Below are positions 38,049 through 46,955 of a stretch of DNA of 64,000 nucleotides, in pieces. Position 1 is the first letter of the stretch. Each line of letters begins with the position of its first letter. The DNA comes from an uncultured Bacilli bacterium. GTDB taxonomy: Bacteria > Bacillota_I > Bacilli_A > RFN20 > CAG-826. The stretch lies in contig CALVNF010000002.1 of the NCBI GenBank assembly GCA_944349595.1, forward strand, positions 175,468 through 239,467. The letters are read 5' to 3'. A program made the position numbers and the translations under genes. The notes beneath the pieces are model-generated. The model made no database searches, had not been told where the DNA came from, and worked only from the letters and a program-made list of their open reading frames with translations.

Positions 38049-39952
38049 AAAATAAAACAAATATTTTAGCGAGACTTGTCAAAGATATTTTTCTTTCAAA
38101 TCCACTTGTATTTATATTATCAATTATTTGCGTATTATTATCTTCAGTTGGAATTATAATAGCTCCAATTATGTTACAAGAAATTGTAAATAATGTTGTA
38201 GAACCAGCTTTAAAAGGCAATTTAGTTAATTGGCAAGAACCACTTATTAACAACATTATTATTCTTGCGACTTGTTATTGTGTTGCATTAATTGGTACAT
38301 TTTCTTATACACAATTAACTCAAAATTTAGGTAATAACTTCATGCAAAAAACAAGAGAAAGATGTTTCTCTCATATGCAAGATTTACCAATCAAATTTTT
38401 TGACCAACACAATCATGGTGACATTATGTCTGTTTACACAAACGATATTGACTCAATTAGACAATTTGCCGCAAACTCACTTCCAGTAATGTTTAACTCA
38501 AGTTTTATTGTTTTGGTTAACTTTATATTAATGATTACTATTTATTCAGTGTGGCTTGCAATTGTTGTTTTAATTGGTGTTATTGTGATGCTTTTTGTGA
38601 CAAAAATTGTTGGTTCAAGAAGCTCTAGAAATTATGTTACACAACAAAAAATGATCGGTAAAATCGAAGGTTTTATTGAAGAAAATATGAATGGTTTAAA
38701 AGTTATTAAATCGTTCTGTCATGAAGAAGAAAGTAAAAAAGATTTTGATAAAGTTAATTCAGATTTATTTATTGCTGCAACCAATGCAAATAAATTTGGT
38801 AATATTTTAATGCCAATTCTTGGAAATATAGGAAATATTGTTTATATTGCAATCGCAATTGTTTCTGGTATTTTCTTAGTTTTACAAGGACAAAATTATA
38901 ATATTGTAAGTGGTTTACAAAAAACTTTAGAAATTGGAACAATTGTTGCATTTTTAACCGTAACAAGACAAGTAACTTATAATTTCTCTGAAGTAGCAAA
39001 CCAAGTTAACTCTATTGCTTTAGCAATTGGAGGAAGTAAGAGAGTTTATGCTTTAATTGACGAAAAACCCGAAGAAGATAATGGTTATGTAAAATTAGTT
39101 AAAGCTAAATATGATGAAAAAGGAAATATTGTAGAATGTCCAAAAGATTCCAAAGATTTTACAATTTGGGCATGGAAGCATCCTCATACTGCCGATAATT
39201 CCGTTACTTATCAAAAACTAGAAGGCGATATTAGAATGTTTAATGTTGATTTTAGTTATGATAATAAAAATATTGTCTTACACGATATTACATTATATGC
39301 AGAACCAGGTCAAAAAGTTGCTTTTGTTGGAGCAACTGGTGCTGGAAAGACGACTATTACTAACTTATTAAATAGATTCTATGATATTGCAGATGGAAAA
39401 ATAAGATATGATGGAATAAATATAAATAAAATATGTAAAAAAGATTTAAGAAGATCAATTGGTATGGTCTTACAAGATACATCACTATTTTCTGGAACAG
39501 TCATGGATAATATTAGATATGGACAACTCGATGCAACTGATGAACAATGTATTGAAGCTGCTAAACTTGCAAATGCTCATGATTTTATTGAAAGACTACC
39601 TCATGGTTATCAAACAATGTTAACCGGTGATGGAACAAATCTTTCTCAAGGTCAAAGACAATTATTATCTATCGCTAGATGTGCTTTACATAATGCTCCT
39701 GTTATGATTTTAGATGAGGCTACTTCTTCAATTGATACAAGAACAGAAGCTTTAGTAACAAAAGGTATGGATAATTTAATGAAGGGAAGAACTGTATTTG
39801 TTATCGCTCATAGATTGTCAACGATTCAAAATTCTGATGTTATTATGGTTTTAGATCATGGTAGAATTATCGAAAGAGGCGATCATGATTCATTAATTGC
39901 TGAACAAGGAGTATATTATCAACTTTATACTGGTGCTTTTGAACTTGAATAG
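38045..39952 (+). CDS. ABC transporter, fused permease/ATP-binding subunit (heterodimer half B)
   Basis: Walker A GATGAGKTT, signature LSQGQRQL, Walker B MILDEATS and H-loop AHRL. Confidence 0.85.
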   Translation: MKNKTNILARLVKDIFLSNPLVFILSIICVLLSSVGIIIAPIMLQEIVNNVVEPALKGNLVNWQEPLINNIIILATCYCVALIGTFSYTQLTQNLGNNFMQKTRERCFSHMQDLPIKFFDQHNHGDIMSVYTNDIDSIRQFAANSLPVMFNSSFIVLVNFILMITIYSVWLAIVVLIGVIVMLFVTKIVGSRSSRNYVTQQKMIGKIEGFIEENMNGLKVIKSFCHEEESKKDFDKVNSDLFIAATNANKFGNILMPILGNIGNIVYIAIAIVSGIFLVLQGQNYNIVSGLQKTLEIGTIVAFLTVTRQVTYNFSEVANQVNSIALAIGGSKRVYALIDEKPEEDNGYVKLVKAKYDEKGNIVECPKDSKDFTIWAWKHPHTADNSVTYQKLEGDIRMFNVDFSYDNKNIVLHDITLYAEPGQKVAFVGATGAGKTTITNLLNRFYDIADGKIRYDGININKICKKDLRRSIGMVLQDTSLFSGTVMDNIRYGQLDATDEQCIEAAKLANAHDFIERLPHGYQTMLTGDGTNLSQGQRQLLSIARCALHNAPVMILDEATSSIDTRTEALVTKGMDNLMKGRTVFVIAHRLSTIQNSDVIMVLDHGRIIERGDHDSLIAEQGVYYQLYTGAFELE

Positions 39953-39976
39953 TTAAAATATAAAGGGCTATAAATT

Positions 39977-40948
39977 ATGGTTAATGTCTATAAAGCAGAA
40001 AATAACGAATTAGTTAAAAAAAGTTTAACTAATTCTAATATCAAAGATTTAAATCCAATTGAAACTAGAACTTGGATTGATTTAAATAAGCCTACTTTAG
40101 AAATTTTACAATCATTATCAAAACTTACTAATATTCCAATGAGTTTATTAAATTCTGCTCTTGATGAAGAAGAATCAGCTCATATTGATAATGAGGATGA
40201 TAATGTTTTAATTGTTTTAGACGTTCCATATATTGATAAAGAAACAAATAATATCAGTACAAAACCATTTATTATTGCCTATAATTCAGATTATTTTTTA
40301 ACAATTTCAAAGTATAATAATACTTTAATTCCAAATTTATTAAATAAAGTTAAAAATTTAAAGCCTCAAAAACAATTACGTTTTACTTTATTAATTATTT
40401 ATAATCTTGCCAAAGAATTTATTTCTACTTTAAAACATATTGATAGTCAAACAAAAGACGTTGAAAAAAGACTACATACATCCATGAAAAATAAGGAAAT
40501 ATTTGAACTTATGGATATTAATAAAACTTTTGTTTATATATCAAACGCTATCAGTGCTAATAAAGTTGTCTTAAATAAATTATTGAAATCATCATTATAT
40601 AAAAAATATGATGAAGATATTGATTTAATTGAAGATACAGAAGTTGAATTAAACCAAGCTGCTGAAATGTGTAATCTTTATCGAGACATTTTGGCTGGTA
40701 CTATGGATGCTTTTGCTAGTATTATTTCAAATAATTTAAATATCGTTATGAAAACATTAACAATTATAACAATTGTTATTTCAATTCCAACATTAATTGC
40801 ATCTATTTTTGGAATGAATGTTGATTTGCCATTTGTAGATGAAAATAAATATGGATTTTATATAATTATTGCAATATCAGTAGTTCTTGCAATATTAGGA
40901 GCAATTTTATTAATTTATTTTACCAGAAACAAAAAACCAAAAAAGTAA
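39977..40948 (+). CDS. corA: CorA-family Mg2+/Co2+ transporter
   Basis: C-terminal two TM helices with the GMN motif (IFGMNVDLPF). Confidence 0.8.
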   Translation: MVNVYKAENNELVKKSLTNSNIKDLNPIETRTWIDLNKPTLEILQSLSKLTNIPMSLLNSALDEEESAHIDNEDDNVLIVLDVPYIDKETNNISTKPFIIAYNSDYFLTISKYNNTLIPNLLNKVKNLKPQKQLRFTLLIIYNLAKEFISTLKHIDSQTKDVEKRLHTSMKNKEIFELMDINKTFVYISNAISANKVVLNKLLKSSLYKKYDEDIDLIEDTEVELNQAAEMCNLYRDILAGTMDAFASIISNNLNIVMKTLTIITIVISIPTLIASIFGMNVDLPFVDENKYGFYIIIAISVVLAILGAILLIYFTRNKKPKK

Positions 40949-41000
40949 AAAAACTCTGCAAAACCTTAATATTTTTTAAAAATTAGTTATTTTTTAGTAC

Positions 41001-41906
41001 TTATTCAGTAATTTCTATTTCAAATTTATAAATAATTTTTTCACTTGGTTTTAATGTTTTATAAACAATTTCATTATCCATTTTAGAAGTTGAAGGCTCA
41101 AGACCTAATGCGTAATCACCACTTTTATATGATTTCCATTCAGCGATTATTGGTAATAAACTACTATCATATTTTAATTTAAATTTTAATTTTGATTTTT
41201 TGTTAAAAACTTCAACTAATCCATTATTATTTAAACAATAAAATACTTCTTCTATTGAATTATCGCATGGTGTTTCAAACATTTTTTGTCTTGATATGTT
41301 TTTGTTTGCAATTTCTGTTTTTGCTACAATATTTTCATTTCCAAATTTAATCTCACAATTTTCATCTAAAAATGGATATCCAAGATTAAAGTGATATAAA
41401 AGACAATATTTTGCTTCTTCATAACCAATATTTGAAACTTCATCTTCAATATGGAATTTACTAGATAAATAATTAAATTTTATTGTTCTTTTAAGTTTTA
41501 AATTTTGTTCAAAAAACTTATTGTCAAATACTTCACCTTCAATAATAATTTCGTTTTCATTAACAATTTTTTTAGTTAATATTGCTTTTTTTAAATGATA
41601 CATTCCGTGTTTAAATTTACCATTCATTGTCCCAATATTATCTAAACCACAAGTATAAAGTAATCCTCCTTCAAATCTATAAGGAAAATCATCTAATTTT
41701 GAATTAATACCCATTTTTGATAAATATGAAATATTAACTCCTTTATATTTTAAACTTGTAATATCTAAACCATTATCAACAGAAATTAAGCATTCAAAAA
41801 CTCCGTTATATACATCAATTAAATTTTTTCCTTTAGCTTCACCTTCGTTTAAAATAATTGATCTAGCATACATTATTTGTTCTAAATTTGAAATTCTTTT
41901 ATTCAT
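41001..41906 (-). CDS. Aldose-1-epimerase (mutarotase)-like fold protein, function uncertain
   Basis: 301 aa. Weak resemblance to galactose-mutarotase-like family proteins. Last gene of the kinase-aldolase operon. Confidence 0.35.
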   Translation of the reverse strand: MNKRISNLEQIMYARSIILNEGEAKGKNLIDVYNGVFECLISVDNGLDITSLKYKGVNISYLSKMGINSKLDDFPYRFEGGLLYTCGLDNIGTMNGKFKHGMYHLKKAILTKKIVNENEIIIEGEVFDNKFFEQNLKLKRTIKFNYLSSKFHIEDEVSNIGYEEAKYCLLYHFNLGYPFLDENCEIKFGNENIVAKTEIANKNISRQKMFETPCDNSIEEVFYCLNNNGLVEVFNKKSKLKFKLKYDSSLLPIIAEWKSYKSGDYALGLEPSTSKMDNEIVYKTLKPSEKIIYKFEIEITE

Positions 41907-41910
41907 AATA

Positions 41911-42762
41911 TTAATCCTTCATAGAAAATATTTTTATTGCTTCTTCAACATTTTTTTCCATAGCTTTCATTGCTTCAAATTCCACATCGTGTAAATAACT
42001 AGTTTTATTTGATTCAATTAATTTTTTCGCAGCTTCATAACCTGCTTTTGACATATATGAATAATAATTTATTTTTCTAATTCCAGCTTTAATACAATCT
42101 TGGAATTGTTCTTTGCTTAAACCACTTCCTCCATGCATAACTAATGGAACATTTACAACTTTTTTAACTTCTTTAATTACATTTACATCTAATACTGGTT
42201 TTTCTTTATAAAAACCATGAGCTGTCCCAAAAGCAATTGCTAAGGCATCAACATTTGTTTTTTCTACAAATTCTTTTGCTTCATTTGGTTTTGTATAATA
42301 ATATTCTTTTGATTTTGTTTTATTACTAACACCATCTTCAGATGTAATTAATTGTCCAATTTCCCCTTCAACACTTATATTTTTAGGATGACACATATCA
42401 ACAACTTGTTTTGTAAATTTAATATTTTCTTCAAATGGTAAACTTGAAGCATCAATCATAATTGAAGTAAAACCTAAATTTATTGCTCTTTTTATCATTT
42501 CTAAAGTTGTTCCGTGATCTAAATGAACACAAACTGGAACTTTACAATTTTTTGCTAAACTTAACATAACAGGTGCAACTAATGAAATATCATTATAAAC
42601 ATTATGAACTTCAGCATGAGCTAAAATTACAGGTTGATTTAATTTTTCTGCAGCTTTTATAATTGCTTGTAATGAATCAAATCCAGTTGCATTAAACATT
42701 CCTACTGCGCATTTATTATCTTCTGCATATTTTAATATTTCTTTTAAATTAACTAGCATCAT
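41911..42762 (-). CDS. Class II ketose-bisphosphate aldolase (tagatose/fructose-1,6-bisphosphate aldolase family)
   Basis: ...HLDHGTTLE... and MHGGSG motifs of the FbaA/GatY/KbaY family. 283 aa. Confidence 0.8.
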   Translation of the reverse strand: MMLVNLKEILKYAEDNKCAVGMFNATGFDSLQAIIKAAEKLNQPVILAHAEVHNVYNDISLVAPVMLSLAKNCKVPVCVHLDHGTTLEMIKRAINLGFTSIMIDASSLPFEENIKFTKQVVDMCHPKNISVEGEIGQLITSEDGVSNKTKSKEYYYTKPNEAKEFVEKTNVDALAIAFGTAHGFYKEKPVLDVNVIKEVKKVVNVPLVMHGGSGLSKEQFQDCIKAGIRKINYYSYMSKAGYEAAKKLIESNKTSYLHDVEFEAMKAMEKNVEEAIKIFSMKD

Positions 42763-42790
42763 TTTACTCCATTTTATTTAGATTATTTTT

Positions 42791-43804
42791 TTAAAATTTT
42801 CGTCTATTAAATTTATTTAATTTCATTACTTCATTTATATTTTTTGCATTACCTATCGAATCATAGCTAGCTAAATTATTAGCCGCCGAACAAGATGCTA
42901 TTTCTAAAATTTCTTTGTCATTCAAGTTATGTAAAATACCGTAAAGGCATCCTGCACAAAATGCATCACCAGCTCCAACACTTCCTTTAATATATCCATT
43001 AGGTAATAATAAAGATCCAAGGACTGTAAATAAATTATTACTAAAAATTATTCCTAGTTCTGGACAATGTATAATTATTTTTTTAAAATTGCCTAATTGT
43101 GATATTTTTTTACAAATATTTTTTAAATTATTTACAATTAGATTTTCATTATCATCTCTTACTTTAATATCTGTGATTAAACTTGCTTCAATTTCATTGA
43201 TAATTAAATAATCACAATATTTTAAAGATGGCATAACTACTTCTTTAAATCTTGGAGAGTCCTCGCTTACTAAATCTAGTGATATTACATAGTCTTTGCT
43301 TTTTAAATAATTTAGAAATTTTGCCATAACTGTCCCATATTCATCTTCTTTAGCATCAAAAGCGTCTAGCAACATTAAATATCCTAAATGAACATGACAT
43401 GGTTTTAATAAAAAATTACTTAAATCTATATCATTTGGAGAAAAAGTTTTATTAGTTCCTTTAAAGTGAAAAAATGTTCTATTTCCATTTTTATTTGTCA
43501 TAACATTTGTGAAACCAGTATTATTAGATTTATCTTTATTAATATTATTTATATTTATATTATATTTTTTTAATTTATCTAATATAAATTTTCCTTCATT
43601 ATCATCCCCAATTTTTCCAAAAGCATAAACTTCTATACTTTCATCTAAACATTTTAAATCGATGGCTGTATTACACAAACATCCTCCAATTGAATTTTCA
43701 ATACTATTAATATTAACTAACATTCCTTCTTTAGGATAAGAATTAATGGTCATTATTTTATCTACAATAGCATTTCCAATAATATAAATTCTATTATTTT
43801 TCAT
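42791..43804 (-). CDS. PfkB-family carbohydrate kinase (ketose / ketose-phosphate kinase)
   Basis: The GAGDAFCAG motif near the C-terminus is the PfkB signature 2. 337 aa. Confidence 0.75.
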   Translation of the reverse strand: MKNNRIYIIGNAIVDKIMTINSYPKEGMLVNINSIENSIGGCLCNTAIDLKCLDESIEVYAFGKIGDDNEGKFILDKLKKYNININNINKDKSNNTGFTNVMTNKNGNRTFFHFKGTNKTFSPNDIDLSNFLLKPCHVHLGYLMLLDAFDAKEDEYGTVMAKFLNYLKSKDYVISLDLVSEDSPRFKEVVMPSLKYCDYLIINEIEASLITDIKVRDDNENLIVNNLKNICKKISQLGNFKKIIIHCPELGIIFSNNLFTVLGSLLLPNGYIKGSVGAGDAFCAGCLYGILHNLNDKEILEIASCSAANNLASYDSIGNAKNINEVMKLNKFNRRKF

Positions 43805-44072
43805 GTTAAATTCCTTTTACTCAACTATTATACCTTATTACTTTTGACTATTCTTTAAAATTTAATAACTAAAAAATTATCAAACCATTTTTTAATTAAT
43901 AAAAATTTATTATCTAATATCAATAAAATGAAAGGGCATTCTTAAATATGATTAAAATATTTCTCTTTTCTATTTTTATTTTTCAAGTTATATATATTCA
44001 TGTAAATTTCTTTTAACAACTGTATCTTCCTATTTACAATAATATAGCCTTATGTAATACTATAAATAAGAA

Positions 44073-44141
44073 AAGCACAGCCTGATGGGTGTAGGTCTGC
44101 AATTGTAAGACTGCCATTGACAGGAGTGCTTTTTTTGTTAA
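44073..44141. terminator. Extended nested hairpin followed by T7 (bidirectional terminator-like structured element) in an ORF-free 630-bp region
   Basis: AAAAGCAC-AG-CCTG-[ATGG..GGTCT-loop-AGACT..CCAT]-CAGG-AG-GTGC-TTTTTTT, with an A-tract on the 5' side. Confidence 0.35.
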
Positions 44142-44432
44142 TAAATAGTTGTAATAATAAGATTATTTAAAATAATGCTCATAAATCCAACACTTGATAG
44201 TAATTTTTTTAATATTTATAAATTCTATTATTTTTGAGAGTAAAATTTACCATCTTAAATTAATTATTTAATATAAGAGATCGTTCCACAGACTATTATA
44301 TGAATTTTTAATTTATAATTTCTTCTAAACTTGATTAAAATAGCAAACGCTTGAACATTTAATTGTTCACGTCCAAATATTAACAATGATATAGATTATA
44401 CTTTAATATTAAAGTTATTAAAAATGATTAAT

Positions 44433-44561
44433 ATTGACACTTTGTAATCATTAAAGAACTTTGACACCTGTGTCACCATAAAAATCAAATAACCCCAAAA
44501 TAACCCCCAAATAACACCCAAATAACAAAAAAAGCCGATAAAATCGGCGTTTTATATCATT
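44433..44561. repeat. tRNA-trailing conserved element, copy B (three tandem AAATAACCCC-type units)
   Basis: Homologous to 28940-29069. Contains TTGACAcctgTGTCA, ATAAAAAT, (AAATAACCCC / AAATAACCCCC / AAATAACACCC), and the AAAAAAAGCCGATAAAATCGGC hairpin that terminates tRNA-Gly. Confidence 0.6.
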
Positions 44562-44635
44562 TGGAGCACCATGCGAGAATCGAACTCGTATCATTGGCTT
44601 GGGAAGCCAAGGTTCTACCATTGAACTAATGATGC
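44562..44635 (-). tRNA. tRNA-Gly (anticodon CCC), 4-nt variable loop
   Basis: Reverse complement: acceptor GCATCAT/ATGGTGC (one G.U wobble), D-arm GTTCAATGGTAGAAC, anticodon stem TTGGC/GCCAA with loop TTCCCAA, T-loop TTCGATT, discriminator T, and CCA encoded. Confidence 0.6.
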
Positions 44636-44715
44636 GCAAAATTATTTTACTATATTACTTTAATTCATAAAAGTTTTTATTTATAAGATAACAATTTTAA
44701 ACTATAATTTTACAT

Positions 44716-45348
44716 ATGGAAGAAAATAATAAAGAAAAAATTTTACAAGAAGCAGAAAACAGCGATAAAGAAATTGATGATAGAATAGAATTAACAAGAA
44801 AACAACGTTTCGCAAATAAAGTTCATCCTAATGGTTCTCTTATTTTAATGTTTGTAATTATAATTTTATTAGGTGTTGCTATTGGTACAATTTATTTGGA
44901 TAATTTTGTAAAAGTCAGTATGTGTTTGTTTATTGTTTCTTGTTTGCTTGTTATATTATCTTATAATTTTTTAAAATTTTATAATATTTCATATTTGTTA
45001 CTTATTTTTATATTATCTATTTATTCTTTAATAGCTACTTATGCATTTAATAATAATGATTTATTATACCAGGCTCCAATATTATGTTTCTTATTTAATA
45101 TTATATTAGTAAGTGGAAAATTTCTTGATTTAAAAAAGGTTTCAAATAAAAAGTTTAATATTGCTTCATTTATCATATTACTATTATTATTAATTTCAAA
45201 TATTGTATTAATTAGTTTATTTTCATTAATCAATTATAAATTATTAACACTCGTTTTAATGTGTTTAAACTTAGTTTTTATAATATATAATTTAGTTTAT
45301 TTAATAATTTTTAGTAATAAAATTGTAAGTTTAACTTCAAAAAACTAA
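44716..45348 (+). CDS. Hypothetical polytopic membrane protein
   Basis: Acidic N-terminal cytoplasmic segment followed by ~5 hydrophobic helices. No recognisable motif. Confidence 0.35.
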   Translation: MEENNKEKILQEAENSDKEIDDRIELTRKQRFANKVHPNGSLILMFVIIILLGVAIGTIYLDNFVKVSMCLFIVSCLLVILSYNFLKFYNISYLLLIFILSIYSLIATYAFNNNDLLYQAPILCFLFNIILVSGKFLDLKKVSNKKFNIASFIILLLLLISNIVLISLFSLINYKLLTLVLMCLNLVFIIYNLVYLIIFSNKIVSLTSKN

Positions 45349-45370
45349 GCAAAACCCCAATATTTTAAAA

Positions 45371-46129
45371 TTAAACATTCTTTTTTGAATCTTTATAATA
45401 GTCAGTTCTTTTTATTTTTTTAATGAAATTTTCGATTTCTTTATCCCATAATCTCCATTCATGATCATAATTTTTATACCACTTATAATCAAAATGAATA
45501 TATTTCTTTTTTAAAAATAAAATAAAATCTGCGACTTCATCTTTTACAATATTATCTTTTTCACCACATGATATATAAATTCTAGGTAAATTGTTTTTAT
45601 TTTTAACTACTAAGGATTTTAAGGTAGAATCTTTATTTTTATTTATTCTTCTCATAGTAATTCCGGGAGAAAAAGCACCAATTTCTGCATATGCATCTGG
45701 ATTTGAAAGTCCATGATATAATGCTCCAAATCCTCCCATTGATAAACCAGCAATAAAATTATCTTCTTTCTTTGGTGATATATTAAAATTACCATATAAA
45801 TAATCTTTTAATTCGGTTTCAATAAAATCAGAAAAGTTATCACTACTTCCTTTATTTAAATATGATTTATTCTCTCCAGATATCATACATACAGCAATAT
45901 TATTTTCTTCAGCGTACATATCTATTTTACTAAATCTTTCATATGCCATATAATTACCACCATATCCATGAAATAATAACAATAAAGGAAATTTATTTTC
46001 TTTATTATCTTGATAAAAATTTTTCCTATAATCACCAGCATTACCACATGCAAGACTTGGATAAATAAGGATAAAGTTTACATCTCTTTTTAATATACAG
46101 CTATAAAAACAAATATCTAATCGTGCCAT
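45371..46129 (-). CDS. Esterase / alpha-beta hydrolase (putative esterase family)
   Basis: LLLFHGYGGN and the nucleophile elbow GLSMGG. Confidence 0.65.
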   Translation of the reverse strand: MARLDICFYSCILKRDVNFILIYPSLACGNAGDYRKNFYQDNKENKFPLLLLFHGYGGNYMAYERFSKIDMYAEENNIAVCMISGENKSYLNKGSSDNFSDFIETELKDYLYGNFNISPKKEDNFIAGLSMGGFGALYHGLSNPDAYAEIGAFSPGITMRRINKNKDSTLKSLVVKNKNNLPRIYISCGEKDNIVKDEVADFILFLKKKYIHFDYKWYKNYDHEWRLWDKEIENFIKKIKRTDYYKDSKKNV

Positions 46130-46212
46130 ATTGTTTCTTCCTTCTTAAGTTTTTCACATAGAATATTTTAAATTAAAAAATATCGATTTTAAACCGATAT
46201 TGATATATTTTA

Positions 46213-46288
46213 TGGTGCCTACTAACGGTTTCGAACCATTGACCTACTCATTACGAATGAGTTGCTCTACCAGCTGAGCTAAGTAGGC
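46213..46288 (-). tRNA. tRNA-Thr (anticodon CGT)
   Basis: Reverse complement: GCCTACTTAGCTCAGCTGGTAGAGC...anticodon loop TTCGTAA...GGTTCGAAACC...AGTAGGCACCA. Confidence 0.8.
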
Positions 46289-46353
46289 ATTTTGTTATGT
46301 TAATAAACATAAAACGCCATTATTTTGCAATAATGGCGTTGTAATTTTTAAAT

Positions 46354-46430
46354 TGGTGACCCGTACGGGATTCAAACCCATGAATGCATGCGTGAAAGGC
46401 ATGTGAGTTAAGTCACTTCTCCAACGGGCC
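46354..46430 (-). tRNA. tRNA-Glu (anticodon TTC)
   Basis: Reverse complement: GGCCCGTTGG...CTTTCAC...GGGTTTGAATCCCGTACGGGTCACCA, which closely resembles Bacillus tRNA-Glu. Confidence 0.85.
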
Positions 46431-46438
46431 GCAAAGAA

Positions 46439-46514
46439 TGGCGCCTACTGAGGGACTCGAACCCACGACCGATCGGTTAACAGCCGATTGCTCTACCGAC
46501 TGAGCTAAGTAGGC
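46439..46514 (-). tRNA. tRNA-Asn (anticodon GTT)
   Basis: Reverse complement: GCCTACTTAGCTCAGTCGGTAGAGC, anticodon loop CTGTTAA, GTGGGTTCGAGTCCCTC, and AGTAGGCGCCA. Confidence 0.85.
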
Positions 46515-46532
46515 ATCCAAACGTGCTTAATT

Positions 46533-46561
46533 ATTATATTTTACAAGCACATTAATTGCAA
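46533..46561 (-). promoter_or_regulatory. Promoter for the tRNA Asn-Glu-Thr cluster (TTGCAA-N17-TATAAT)
   Basis: Minus strand: -35 TTGCAA at 46556-46561, a 17-nt spacer, and -10 TATAAT at 46533-46538, about 19 nt upstream of the tRNA-Asn 5' end. Confidence 0.5.
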
Positions 46562-46564
46562 GAA

Positions 46565-46795
46565 TTATTTAATTTTTTCTTTAATTAAATTAATTAAATC
46601 TCCTGCCGTTTTGAGATTATTCATTTCTTCAGAAGAAAGATCTAAATTAATATTATATTTTTCTTCTAATCCTAATAAAAATTCTACAACATCTAATGAA
46701 TCAATTTGTAAATCAGTTAAAGATGCATTTAAATTTAAATCTTTAATTTCGAATTTTTCTTCCATTTCGTTAACTATTTGATCAATTTTTTCCAT
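46565..46795 (-). CDS. acpP: Acyl carrier protein
   Basis: Phosphopantetheine attachment motif LQIDSLDVVEF. The start is set at MEKIDQ (46795) because GGGAG sits 7 nt upstream. The longer ORF-track start is unlikely. Confidence 0.7.
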   Translation of the reverse strand: MEKIDQIVNEMEEKFEIKDLNLNASLTDLQIDSLDVVEFLLGLEEKYNINLDLSSEEMNNLKTAGDLINLIKEKIK

Positions 46796-46883
46796 AAATT
46801 TTCTCCCTAAAAACAAATTAAACGCATAAATTTAATCTTAAATATATTAACATTTTTTTAATAAGAAATGAAAAGTTTTATTT

Positions 46884-46910
46884 TTAGCACTCTTTATTGA
46901 CAAGTGCTAA
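46884..46910 (+). promoter_or_regulatory. CIRCE element (HrcA operator) overlapping htpG promoter
   Basis: TTAGCACTC-N9-AAGTGCTAA (consensus TTAGCACTC-N9-GAGTGCTAA, one mismatch). Promoter -35 TTGACA at 46897-46902, a 16-nt spacer, and -10 TATAAT at 46919-46924. Confidence 0.7.
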
Positions 46911-46955
46911 AAAGGGACTATAATAATTATGTGATTTATAGAGGAGGAAATTTTT

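Noticed and set aside
44487-44523. CRISPR-like array (AAATAACCCC tandem units)
   Set aside because: Only 2-3 contiguous ~11-nt units with no spacers and no cas genes. It is a simple tandem repeat, not a CRISPR. It is also not telomere-like in any functional sense, given the circular-chromosome gene context.
44451-44639. 62-aa ORF on the minus strand
   Set aside because: It overlaps tRNA-Gly and the conserved tRNA-trailing repeat. The reading frame is a by-product of the tRNA sequence.
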